A program made the translations under genes and the position numbers. The notes under the pieces were generated by a model. That model was not told the DNA's origin, searched no databases, and worked only from the letters and a program-made list of their open reading frames with translations. Positions 47,105 to 55,616 of a stretch of 64,000 nucleotides of DNA are shown here, piece by piece. Numbering within the stretch: position 1 is the first letter of the stretch; each line of letters opens with the position of its first letter. The stretch is from positions 96,001 through 160,000 of the forward strand of contig CAXXVS010000002.1 in assembly GCA_963674755.2 (NCBI GenBank), in the 5' to 3' direction. This DNA is from Desulfobacterales bacterium (GTDB taxonomy: Bacteria; Desulfobacterota; Desulfobacteria; Desulfobacterales; UBA5852).

Positions 47105-48105
47105 TACGCATTCCCCTGGACGTCATGCAGGATGTTTTGGGCCGCACCCTGGCCCAGGTGGGTTTCGAAGAAGAGCGCGCTTTCCGCTGCGCATCGATTT
47201 TTGTCGAGAACAGTGCCGTGGGCGTGTCCTCCCACGGGTTGAACCGTTTCCCCCAATTTGTCGATTTCGTCCGTCGGGGCATCGTCGATCCCACGGCCGC
47301 AATATCCTGCGTGGTCCGCCTGGGCGCCTGGGAACAATGGGACGGACATCTGGGGCCCGGCCCCCTCAATGCGTTCGACGCCACCCAAAGGGCCATGGCC
47401 CTGGCCCGGCAATACGGCATCGGCTGTGTGGGGCTGAAGCAGACCAATCATTGGATGCGGGGCGGCTATTACGGCTGGATGGCGGCGGAAACGGGGCTGG
47501 CCCTGATGGCCTGGACCAACACCACCCCCAACATGCCCCCCTGGGGCGCCCGGGACTGCCGTCTGGGCAACAACCCCCTCGTGCTGGCCGTGCCGCGCAC
47601 AAGCGGCCCGGTGGTTCTGGACATGGCCATGAGCCAGTTTTCATACGGCCGGCTCGACAACACTCTGCGGGAGGGGAGGGCGCTGCCCGTGCCGGGCGGC
47701 TACGATGCGAACGGCCAACTGACCACGGACCCCGGGGACATCCTGCGCAGCCAGCGCGTCCTGCCCATCGGCTTCTGGAAGGGGGCCGGCCTGTCCCTGC
47801 TGCTGGACAGCTGGGCCGCCCTGGTCTCCGGGGGAGATGCCACCTGCCGCATCGGCCGCCGGGAGCCCGAATACGGCGTCTCCCAGGTATACATCGCGGT
47901 CGATGTCGCCCGTATCGGCGGCGAGGAAACCGTCGAGGGGGTGATGGCGGCGATTGTCGCCGATCTGCACGCGGCCCAGGCCGAGGAGGGTGAGGCCGGG
48001 GTGCGCTATCCCGGCGAACGGGTTAGCCGGCTGCGCCGGGAGAGCGTGGCGAAAGGGGTTCCGGTGGACGAGGCCATCTGGGAGCGGGTGCGGGCCGGAC
48101 TATAG
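47101..48105 (+). CDS. yiaK: 3-dehydro-L-gulonate 2-dehydrogenase (2,3-diketo-L-gulonate reductase), Ldh_2 family
   Basis: SHGLNRFP, NHWMRGG.YGW, WTN, MPPWG..LGNNP, DMAMSQFSYG, LPIGFWKG. Confidence 0.92.
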   Translation: MIRIPLDVMQDVLGRTLAQVGFEEERAFRCASIFVENSAVGVSSHGLNRFPQFVDFVRRGIVDPTAAISCVVRLGAWEQWDGHLGPGPLNAFDATQRAMALARQYGIGCVGLKQTNHWMRGGYYGWMAAETGLALMAWTNTTPNMPPWGARDCRLGNNPLVLAVPRTSGPVVLDMAMSQFSYGRLDNTLREGRALPVPGGYDANGQLTTDPGDILRSQRVLPIGFWKGAGLSLLLDSWAALVSGGDATCRIGRREPEYGVSQVYIAVDVARIGGEETVEGVMAAIVADLHAAQAEEGEAGVRYPGERVSRLRRESVAKGVPVDEAIWERVRAGL

Positions 48106-48137
48106 GATCGAAGACGGTCGGTCCTGCGCGCTGCAGA

Positions 48138-48659
48138 TCAGCTGCCCAGGTGGTCGATGAGCCTTCCGCTGGTTTGGCGCAGGTACTGGCTCATCTGCTT
48201 GGCGATCTTGAGGACCAGGGTGATGCCGATGCCCGGCAGGGCCTCATTGAGGCTTTGGAACTGCTCGGCCGTCATGACGAACAGGAGAGCGTCCGAACCG
48301 GTGACGGCCGACGCCGAACGCGGTTCCCCGTCGATGATTGACATCTCGCCGATGGTTTTACCCGGTCCCAGGGACGTGATTTTTTTGGGCGTGCGGTGGG
48401 AATCGAATTTGATCACATCCACCCGGCCCTTGACGATCAGGACCATATAGGCGTTTTTTTCGCCCTCGCAGAACAGGACGGTATCCTGGGAAACCCCGTA
48501 GACGCTCATGTAGCGGACGAGTTTTTTGATCCGCTCGAAACTGAATTCCATGGACCAGCGGGTGGCATCGAGCAGTTCGCTTTTTGCGATAATCGAAAGA
48601 TCTTGCCGCTCCAGGGCGAGCAACCCCGGTGCATTCTTCAACTCTTGGGCCGAGAGCAT
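48138..48659 (-). CDS. stand-alone cyclic-nucleotide-binding domain protein
   Basis: LFCEGE, G.V.V, GEMSIIDGEPRSAS phosphate-binding cassette; no C-terminal HTH. Confidence 0.88.
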   Translation of the reverse strand: MLSAQELKNAPGLLALERQDLSIIAKSELLDATRWSMEFSFERIKKLVRYMSVYGVSQDTVLFCEGEKNAYMVLIVKGRVDVIKFDSHRTPKKITSLGPGKTIGEMSIIDGEPRSASAVTGSDALLFVMTAEQFQSLNEALPGIGITLVLKIAKQMSQYLRQTSGRLIDHLGS

Positions 48660-48870
48660 GCTGGACCTCGCTTTTCTTGGACCGGGCCTGGGGGCGATTC
48701 TCCTCAGGACGCGCCGGTCGATCAAACAGGCCGCCTTTTGCCGCTATCGGCCATTTGCTGAAAAACCTTGAGCGCTTTGACCGGCGGTGCGGCGGGAGGG
48801 TGAAGCGGGCGCCGGGCGCGGTTTCCCCGTGGCGGCTTTCGGCGCCGGCGGCGGCATCCTGCGGATGGCC

Positions 48871-49464
48871 CTATGCTTTGGGGCGTGAAATGGATCGCAA
48901 GAAGCGATCCGTCAGGACTTGCTCCACTTCGGGCGTGATGTGCTCCGGCATTTCGGCCATGGCGTGGCGCACGGCGATGTCGATCATTTCGTCGCGCAGG
49001 TTGTGGCAGGCTTCCCGGTGGCGCGTTTCGACCAGCTGGCGGGCTTTGAGCAGGCGTCTTTCCGCTTCCTGCCGGGCCTCCGCGATAATCGTACGACGTT
49101 CTTCCTCGCCTTCGGCCACCATGCGCCGGTGCAGATCGGCGGCCCTTTGCTGGCGGTCCTCCAGCAGGGCGCGCAGGGATCGGATCTCTTCTTCGATACG
49201 GCCTTTCTGGCCTTCCAGTTTTTCCATCTTATCCTTGATCGCATCCCGCCGGGCGTTCAGGAAGTTTCCCAAGGGCTGGCGAAGCAGTTTGATGAGCACG
49301 GTCGTCAGGATAACAAAATTGACCCACATCATGACGGTGTCATAGGTTGGACGCCAGCCGCCGGCGGCCAATGCGGCCGGGGCCTGCAGCAGGTCCAACG
49401 CGGCCGCCGCCGTGGCCAGCCCCGCGGTCATGACGACCTTTTGGTTGACGGTCCGCACGGTCAA
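48871..49464 (-). CDS. atpF: ATP synthase Fo subunit b
   Basis: WVNFVIL..KLLRQPLGNFLNARRDAI TM plus coiled coil, with a hydrophobic N-terminal extension. Confidence 0.88.
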   Translation of the reverse strand: MTVRTVNQKVVMTAGLATAAAALDLLQAPAALAAGGWRPTYDTVMMWVNFVILTTVLIKLLRQPLGNFLNARRDAIKDKMEKLEGQKGRIEEEIRSLRALLEDRQQRAADLHRRMVAEGEEERRTIIAEARQEAERRLLKARQLVETRHREACHNLRDEMIDIAVRHAMAEMPEHITPEVEQVLTDRFLRSISRPKA

Positions 49465-49910
49465 GGCCTCCGATCGAGCAGGTGCTGGATGATGGCTGTG
49501 GTCAGCTGCGCCGCCTCGGCTTCGGTCTGCCGGCGCGCAACCATCAGCGAGGTCTTGAGTTGCTTTTCAGTCGCCAGATACTGATGCTTGATGTCGCTCA
49601 GGGCCTGGTCGACCAACCGGTCGGCTTCCTGCCGCCCCGTCTGCCGCAGTTCTTCGACGGTGCGGCGGGCCGTTGCCTGCAACCGTCGTTCTTCCGCCCG
49701 GGTCTCCCTGAGAAGGGTCCCCATCTCCTCCTTCAATCGAAGGATCGTCCGCCGGAGATCGGCGAAATGGTCTTCCCGCTCCGCCAGGTTGCGGCGCACC
49801 GGCCGGAACATGATCCGGTTGATCAGGAACAAAAAGACGAGAAAGATGATCATCTGAACCCAGAGGGTTTCATTGATCGTGATCAAGGCGTTGGTTTTGA
49901 TGATCTCCAT
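49461..49910 (-). CDS. ATP synthase Fo subunit b'
   Basis: INETLWVQMIIFLVFLFLINRIMFRPV...ERE, followed by coiled coil. Confidence 0.88.
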   Translation of the reverse strand: MEIIKTNALITINETLWVQMIIFLVFLFLINRIMFRPVRRNLAEREDHFADLRRTILRLKEEMGTLLRETRAEERRLQATARRTVEELRQTGRQEADRLVDQALSDIKHQYLATEKQLKTSLMVARRQTEAEAAQLTTAIIQHLLDRRP

Positions 49911-49961
49911 GGAGGTCTTGCGCTTCCTTGTCTCCCCTTACTCGGGGGGTGGGCCGCGATG

Positions 49962-50210
49962 CTACACGACGAACAGGAGCAGCAGCGCGATCACCAGGGA
50001 GTAGATCCCCGTGGATTCGGCCACCGCCTGCCCGACCAGCATGGTGCGGGTCAACAGCCCGGCTTCCTTGGGATTGCGGCCGATGGCTTCGCAGGCCTTC
50101 GCCGCTGTCATGCCTTCCCCGACACCGGGACCGATGGCACCCAGCCCCATGGAAATGCCGGCCCCCAAAAGCGCCGCCGCTTTGACCAGATCTGCTCCTT
50201 CAATCGCCAT
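49962..50210 (-). CDS. atpE: ATP synthase Fo subunit c, single hairpin, Na+-type two-carboxylate motif
   Basis: GLGAIGPGVGEG, RNP loop, GQAVAESTGIY. Confidence 0.96.
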   Translation of the reverse strand: MAIEGADLVKAAALLGAGISMGLGAIGPGVGEGMTAAKACEAIGRNPKEAGLLTRTMLVGQAVAESTGIYSLVIALLLLFVV

Positions 50211-50260
50211 TGGATGTCTCCTTTGCCGGTTCGATCAGGTTTTTTGTTGAGTGCCCTCCG

Positions 50261-51244
50261 TCAGACGACAAAAATCAGGGCCAGGCTGACCACCATGGCA
50301 TAGATGGCCGTGGACTGGGATACGGCCTGCCCCACCAGCATGATGCGCATCAGATCGCCGGCATATTCGATGCGCCGCGCCACCCAGCGCACCGCCCCTT
50401 CGGCGGTGGCCCCGTTGCCAATGCCGGGACCGATGCCGCCCAGCCCCATGCACAGGCCGGCGCTGAACAGCGCGACCGAAGCACTCAGGGTCGAGGATGC
50501 CGGGAAGGTGCGGAACATCAGGATGAAACTCACTAGAAGCCCGAACACGGACGGCGTCTGGGCCACGGCCTGGCCCACCAGCATGGTCGTTGTGACGGCC
50601 GTGGCGGTTTCCGGCTGGCGGGCGATCCCTTCACAGCTGGCGCCGGCGGCCAGGCCGCCGCCATAGCCGGAGCCGATGGCGGCCAGCCCCGTGCTCAATC
50701 CGGCCCCGATCAGGGCGGCGCCGGTGGGAAAGGCCGCCACCCCGGCCGTGGGTTTGAACAGCAGGATCAGGGATACCACCATGGCAAAGATGGCCGGGGT
50801 CTGGCAGACCGCCGTGCCGATCAGCATATTGGTGGTGATGCGCCCGGAAATGGCGGGTTGGCGTGCGATGGCCAGGCAGGACCGTCCGGCCGGCACACCG
50901 GCGCCGACCCCGGAGCCGATGGCCCCGAACCCCATGCACAGCCCGGCGGCCAGGAGGGAGGCGGCTTTGACGATCCCCGGATCCGGAATGTCCATGAACA
51001 GCAGAAGGATGGCGATGACCAGAGAAAAGATCGATGCCGACTCGGAGATGGCCTGCCCCACCAGCATGTTCTTGACGATGTCGCCGGCATGCTCCCGGTC
51101 GCGGGCCATGGCCTCGGAGGCCTGGCTGGCGGTATAGCCTTCGCCGGTGGCCGCCCCGATGGCCCCGAAGCCCATGGCGACGGCCCCGCCGATGTAGGCT
51201 GCGGTCTGTGTTAAGGACAGGTTGTCGAAGGCCGGCAGGCTCAT
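50261..51244 (-). CDS. atpE: quadruplicated ATP synthase c subunit (327 aa, four helical hairpins)
   Basis: Four tandem c repeats, each with a Gly-rich inner helix and AR-x loop; outer helices GQAISESASIF, GTAVCQTPAIF, GQAVAQTPSVF, GQAVSQSTAIY. ATG 51244 overlaps the atpB stop (ATGA). Confidence 0.93.
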   Translation of the reverse strand: MSLPAFDNLSLTQTAAYIGGAVAMGFGAIGAATGEGYTASQASEAMARDREHAGDIVKNMLVGQAISESASIFSLVIAILLLFMDIPDPGIVKAASLLAAGLCMGFGAIGSGVGAGVPAGRSCLAIARQPAISGRITTNMLIGTAVCQTPAIFAMVVSLILLFKPTAGVAAFPTGAALIGAGLSTGLAAIGSGYGGGLAAGASCEGIARQPETATAVTTTMLVGQAVAQTPSVFGLLVSFILMFRTFPASSTLSASVALFSAGLCMGLGGIGPGIGNGATAEGAVRWVARRIEYAGDLMRIMLVGQAVSQSTAIYAMVVSLALIFVV

Positions 51245-51915
51245 TTCAATTGTACCGAAATATAGACTACTGTGAGCATGGTAAAAACGAAGGCCTGGAT
51301 GGTTCCCACGAAAAGCCCGAAAAAGGCGTTCAGGAACGGCGGCAACAGGATGCTGAAGCACAGGTGGGAGACCACCAGAATAATGATGGCGCCGCCCATG
51401 ATGTTGCCAAAAAGACGGAAGGAGATGGAAACGATCTTGGCCAGTTCGCCGATGACATTCAAGGGCATCAGGAAAAAAACCGGTTCGAAATAGGATTTGA
51501 TATAGAGTTTAAAGCCTTTCTCTTTGATGCCCACGTAATGGGCGATGACAAATCCCAGAATTCCCAGGCTCAGGGGTGTGTTGAGATCCCGGGAGGGTTC
51601 TTCGAGGTGGGGCAGGATCCCCAGCCAGTTGGATAGCAGAAGGAAGATGAATAAAGCGCAGATCAGGGGGGCGTAGGTCTTGGCGTGGGTTTTCCCCAGG
51701 GCCTCTTCGGTCAGGCCGTAGAACTGGGTCAGCACCGCTTCGCCGATGATCTGAAACGGTCCGGGCAGAAGGCCCTTTTTGCGGCCGGCGGCAAAGCCCA
51801 AGGATAGGGCCAAAAGGACGACGATAGCGGTCATCACCAGCACTTCCAGGTTAATGGTGACCATGTAGCCGGGCAGCGGTATGATCAGCTGATGAATTTC
51901 ACCCAATCGATCCAA
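51241..51915 (-). CDS. atpB: ATP synthase Fo subunit a
   Basis: FIFLLLSNWLG, PLNVIGELAK, SISFRLFGNI (essential Arg), IQAFVFTML; TTG start at 51915. Confidence 0.95.
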   Translation of the reverse strand: MDRLGEIHQLIIPLPGYMVTINLEVLVMTAIVVLLALSLGFAAGRKKGLLPGPFQIIGEAVLTQFYGLTEEALGKTHAKTYAPLICALFIFLLLSNWLGILPHLEEPSRDLNTPLSLGILGFVIAHYVGIKEKGFKLYIKSYFEPVFFLMPLNVIGELAKIVSISFRLFGNIMGGAIIILVVSHLCFSILLPPFLNAFFGLFVGTIQAFVFTMLTVVYISVQLK

Positions 51916-51928
51916 AGCGCGTGCCTCT

Positions 51929-52315
51929 TCAGGTGAGGGGTGACTTGGTGCCGCGTACGAGGCTGAAGACAGAATCCAGGATGATGCAGACGGGCACCAT
52001 GAATAACCCGGCCACCGTTGACGGCAGATCAACCGCGGGCCACTTCACCGCGACAACCACCGGGGCGGCCCAGAGCAGATAGCGTCCCAATTGGGCGGCC
52101 AGAGTCAGCAGGGCTCCCCGTCGGTGGTTGCCCGTCAGCTTCCGGGTCAGGCTGTGGCCCATCAGAACGAAATTGAGGCAACTGAACAGGCTGCCCAGCA
52201 AAATTCCCCGGGTCGCCGTCGGCCAGCCGGCCATGTAGACGCCCAGGCCGACCAGGATCGCGGCCGTGAGGGCGCCACCGCAATAACGCCGCTGAAAGGG
52301 TTTAATCGCTTCCAT
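51929..52315 (-). CDS. atpI: ATP synthase protein I (four TM)
   Basis: GILLGSLFSCLNF, GRYLL, four hydrophobic segments, directly upstream of atpB. Confidence 0.82.
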   Translation of the reverse strand: MEAIKPFQRRYCGGALTAAILVGLGVYMAGWPTATRGILLGSLFSCLNFVLMGHSLTRKLTGNHRRGALLTLAAQLGRYLLWAAPVVVAVKWPAVDLPSTVAGLFMVPVCIILDSVFSLVRGTKSPLT

Positions 52316-52568
52316 GGTCGGTCCCTGAATCCGAATCTGATGCGTCTGCAAAGGTTTCCATGATTTGCCGATAGGACACCACGCCCCCGCCGATGATGCC
52401 GAACAGGGTCAGCAGAACCGTCAGGATGCCGCGGCTGCCGAACCAGCGATCCAGATAGCGTCCGGCGAAAAAGCAGGCGACGATGCAGCCGGCCATGGTG
52501 AGTCCGACTTGCAGGACGATGGCGAGGTTTTCGGCCCAGGGCCGTTGTTGCTTGTAGTCCAGAACCAT
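52302..52568 (-). CDS. AtpZ/AtpQ (ATPase gene1) family protein
   Basis: VGLTMAGCI..AGRYLDRWFG..LFGIIGG two-TM pattern; first gene of the Fo operon. Confidence 0.82.
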   Translation of the reverse strand: MVLDYKQQRPWAENLAIVLQVGLTMAGCIVACFFAGRYLDRWFGSRGILTVLLTLFGIIGGGVVSYRQIMETFADASDSDSGTDHGSD

Positions 52569-52884
52569 GGCGATCGGCAGCATCAGTTAAAAGATTTGAT
52601 GGATCGCGCGTGAGGTTCAGTTTGTACGTCAGGTCCGCGGGGTCCGCAGTGAACGGGAGAAGGGGGGGAATAGGCAATGTTCATTTTTTAGATAGCTTTT
52701 CGTCATTTGTCAAATGGTCACCATTATAGTATAGAAATTTCCAGGCACACCGCAGCCTGCGACACCGCTTTGCGAAACGTGCATGCCCATTAATTCCTCT
52801 TCCCGACAGATCCCTTCCTGTTCATGGCTCCGCTGCCGATATGCACACCCCCAAACATCACAACCACTACCACAGGAGGTTGCC

Positions 52885-53505
52885 ATGGCCGTTCTCACCA
52901 TTTCGCGCATGTTTGGGACCGGGGCCGAGGCTTTGGGAGAAACCATCGCGAAACGCCTGGGCTACACTTTTTATCACAACGAACTGATTCAGCTGGTAGC
53001 CAGGAAGGCCAAAGTATCTACGGATTGGGTCAAGTCCATGGAAAAGGAGGCGGGCGGTAAATTCCAGAAGCTCATGACGTCTCTGGTTCCCAAAAGCCTG
53101 GTGGACAGGGTCCTCGATTCGGAGCGCGGCTATCTGGATGAAGAGATCTACACGGACATGCTGCAGCACATCATCACCAAGATCGCAGAGACCGGCGATG
53201 CCGTCATCCTCGGCCGCGGCGGACAGTATATCCTGAAGGACCGCGCGGATACCTACCATATTCTTCTCGTGGCGGATCTCGACCACCGGGTGAAGTATGT
53301 ACAGGCGCAGTACGACCTGATCCCCAAGCAGGCCATGCTGCTGGTGGCTATGGAAGACAAGCGGCGCGTGCAGCTCTACCGGAAATTCGGCAGGGTCGAT
53401 TATGACCAGACGGATCACTACCACGTGGTGTTCAATATGGCGCGCATGGAAATGGAAAGGGCCTGCGATATGCTCTGCACCCTGCTGGGAAGCTGCCGAT
53501 TCTGA
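52885..53505 (+). CDS. cytidylate-kinase-like family protein
   Basis: LTISRMFGTGAE, VILGRGG, D..R..Y motifs; CAGGAGG RBS. Confidence 0.88.
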   Translation: MAVLTISRMFGTGAEALGETIAKRLGYTFYHNELIQLVARKAKVSTDWVKSMEKEAGGKFQKLMTSLVPKSLVDRVLDSERGYLDEEIYTDMLQHIITKIAETGDAVILGRGGQYILKDRADTYHILLVADLDHRVKYVQAQYDLIPKQAMLLVAMEDKRRVQLYRKFGRVDYDQTDHYHVVFNMARMEMERACDMLCTLLGSCRF

Positions 53506-53542
53506 TGCCCGTGCAACGGGGGCGGCGCAGCTTAAAAATGAT

Positions 53543-53572
53543 CCGGGGGCAGGCGCGACGCCTTGCCCCCGG
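53543..53572 (+). terminator. GC hairpin downstream of the kinase-like gene
   Basis: CCGGGGGCAGGCG-CGA-CGCCTTGCCCCCGG; no U-tract. Confidence 0.3.
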
Positions 53573-54182
53573 GACACATAAGGTGAGGTTTTGAAATCCG
53601 GCAACTGACGGCAACAGCCGTCTCATTCCCCAATGATCAGCCTGATACCATGTTTGTCAGCATATTGCCGGCGAATTTCGGAAAAACAAAAGCAAATAGC
53701 ATGCCTCCCGATTGCGTTCCCGCAAGCCCCTGACCACATTGATTCTCCTGGGATTACAGTATTTGCCGAGCGTTACGGCCCGTATTGTTTTGATAATGTG
53801 GGCCATGAAGATGTGTATTATTGTGTACGTGTGGAGCAGGGGCGCCGCCCCGGCCGGCGATCGGTCCGAACCACTGCTGTTTTACACTTGAAGGGACCGC
53901 CAGGCCCTTACGTGGCGGTTTGCCGTGCAGGCTGCATCCCTATCGGTTGCCGCATCGCGGCGTTTCAAAGAAGACCCTGGCGGATGACCTGTCACCGCTG
54001 GCCGAGCACCCGCAGCCTTTCCGGTTGCCTTTGCCGATGGCGACAGTTCCTTCAAGAGGGACCTTCGCCCATTGAAACCCATCGGAATTTTTAGTAGGCT
54101 CAAAACCGAGGTGTCGATTTCCGGGCGTACGGGTAGGGGAGGATTCCGGGAAGGGTGCCCGGGAGGAGTGGCGGTGGCTTCT

Positions 54183-55478
54183 ATGAAACAGCACTGGTTA
54201 AGATCCAATGGCCGGGCCGTGGTGGGCCTGATCGCGGTCGGCTTGTGCGTGCTGATCGGTCTGCCATCACTGTGCGCTGCCTTCCAGGGACGCCAAGCTT
54301 TCCAGAACGCCGTCATCGATTACCGCTCACGACTGAATCCCCACTATAAAAAGATCGCACGCTCTCAAACGAAGTATATCATTGTCCATACCTCCGAACT
54401 GGGATTGCAGAGCACGCTGCGGGTGGTTTCCCAGGGCAAGCGGTTTCCCAGTGGACGGCGGACCTATGGCGGCCACGCCAATTACGTCATCGCCCGCAAC
54501 GGGCGCTGCTACCGCATCCTGGACAAACACTATGTGGCCGATCACGCCGGACGGAGCATGTGGAACGGTGACACGGATATTAGCCGGCTATCCATCGGCA
54601 TCGAGCTGGTGGGATATCATTACGCCGCCATCACGGATGCGCAGTACCGATCGGTGGGCAGGCTGATCGAAATTCTCCAGGACGTTTACCATCTGGAGGA
54701 TCGGGCGGTATTGACCCACAGCCAGGTCGCCTACGGGAGGCCGAACCGCTGGTTTCATAAAGACCATCGCGGCCGCAAACGCTGTGCCAAGAATTTTATC
54801 CGCGCCAAGGCCGGATTGGGGCCCACCTGGCGCTATGATCCTGATGTGCGGGCCGGACGCCTCACCGCCGATACGCAACTGGCGGAAGTCTTCTATGGAC
54901 GGGATACGATGGATGTCCAGTTGGCGGAAGCCAATCTCATCTCCAAGCGCAATACCGCCTGGGCCATCGCGGGCGAGGATTTCGACAACGCGGCCACGGT
55001 CTATCAATTCCCGAACGGCTCTGTGTACACCGGGGATCAGATCGGAACCAAGGTGGGCTGGGACCGTATTCCCGCTCGCACCGTGGTTTTGCTCAACCAG
55101 GAAAGCGGTCTGGCACCGATTGAAGAAGAAAAGGGCCTGGTCAAAACCATTTCGGACGGTATCACCGCCTGGTCCCTGGCCGGACGGCTGTACAATCGCC
55201 ACACGACCATTTACTTTTTGCCCTCCGGTCATGTCAAAAACGGCAGCATGATCGACGACTGGGATGATCTGCCGGTGCGCACCCGGTTGATCATCGGCTA
55301 CCGGGGCCCTTACGAGCTCCGTAAAAACCGCTCCGCCTACCGCATTGCCGGCAAGGACTACAACGCCCAGGATACGATCTATTACCTCCCTTCCAACCAA
55401 CTGCTCAGCGGAAACGCCATCAAAGACTTCAGCCGGCTGCAGGCCGGCACCCTCGTTTTTCTACCCGCGCATCTATAA
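54183..55478 (+). CDS. secreted or anchored N-acetylmuramoyl-L-alanine amidase (Amidase_2) with three C-terminal repeats
   Basis: N-terminal hydrophobic helix, IIVHTS, HANYVI, ADHAG, SIGIELVG, LTH, RKRC. Confidence 0.82.
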   Translation: MKQHWLRSNGRAVVGLIAVGLCVLIGLPSLCAAFQGRQAFQNAVIDYRSRLNPHYKKIARSQTKYIIVHTSELGLQSTLRVVSQGKRFPSGRRTYGGHANYVIARNGRCYRILDKHYVADHAGRSMWNGDTDISRLSIGIELVGYHYAAITDAQYRSVGRLIEILQDVYHLEDRAVLTHSQVAYGRPNRWFHKDHRGRKRCAKNFIRAKAGLGPTWRYDPDVRAGRLTADTQLAEVFYGRDTMDVQLAEANLISKRNTAWAIAGEDFDNAATVYQFPNGSVYTGDQIGTKVGWDRIPARTVVLLNQESGLAPIEEEKGLVKTISDGITAWSLAGRLYNRHTTIYFLPSGHVKNGSMIDDWDDLPVRTRLIIGYRGPYELRKNRSAYRIAGKDYNAQDTIYYLPSNQLLSGNAIKDFSRLQAGTLVFLPAHL

Positions 55479-55616
55479 CGCCGCTTACAGGATGAATTTT
55501 TGTGACATACTAAAACCTAACCGTGCATATTAATAGACAAAACGCCCTAAGTCTGCCATAAGTGGTCTTGTATTCCATCGTGGTTTAACTCTTCCCTAAC
55601 ATAGGGATCATTCTTA

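Noticed and set aside
51245..51361. 39-aa N-terminal extension of the large c subunit
   Set aside because: It overlaps atpB out of frame; ATG 51244 coupled to the atpB stop is the plausible start.
48871..52568. Calling the atp cluster an N-ATPase operon
   Set aside because: No atpD, atpC, atpA or atpG, and it has separate b and b' rather than a long fused b; only the c-subunit motif is shared.
53575..54180. Long leader before the amidase as a riboswitch or sRNA
   Set aside because: No c-di-AMP, c-di-GMP, SRP, 6S or other motif recognised by eye; an Rfam scan would be needed.
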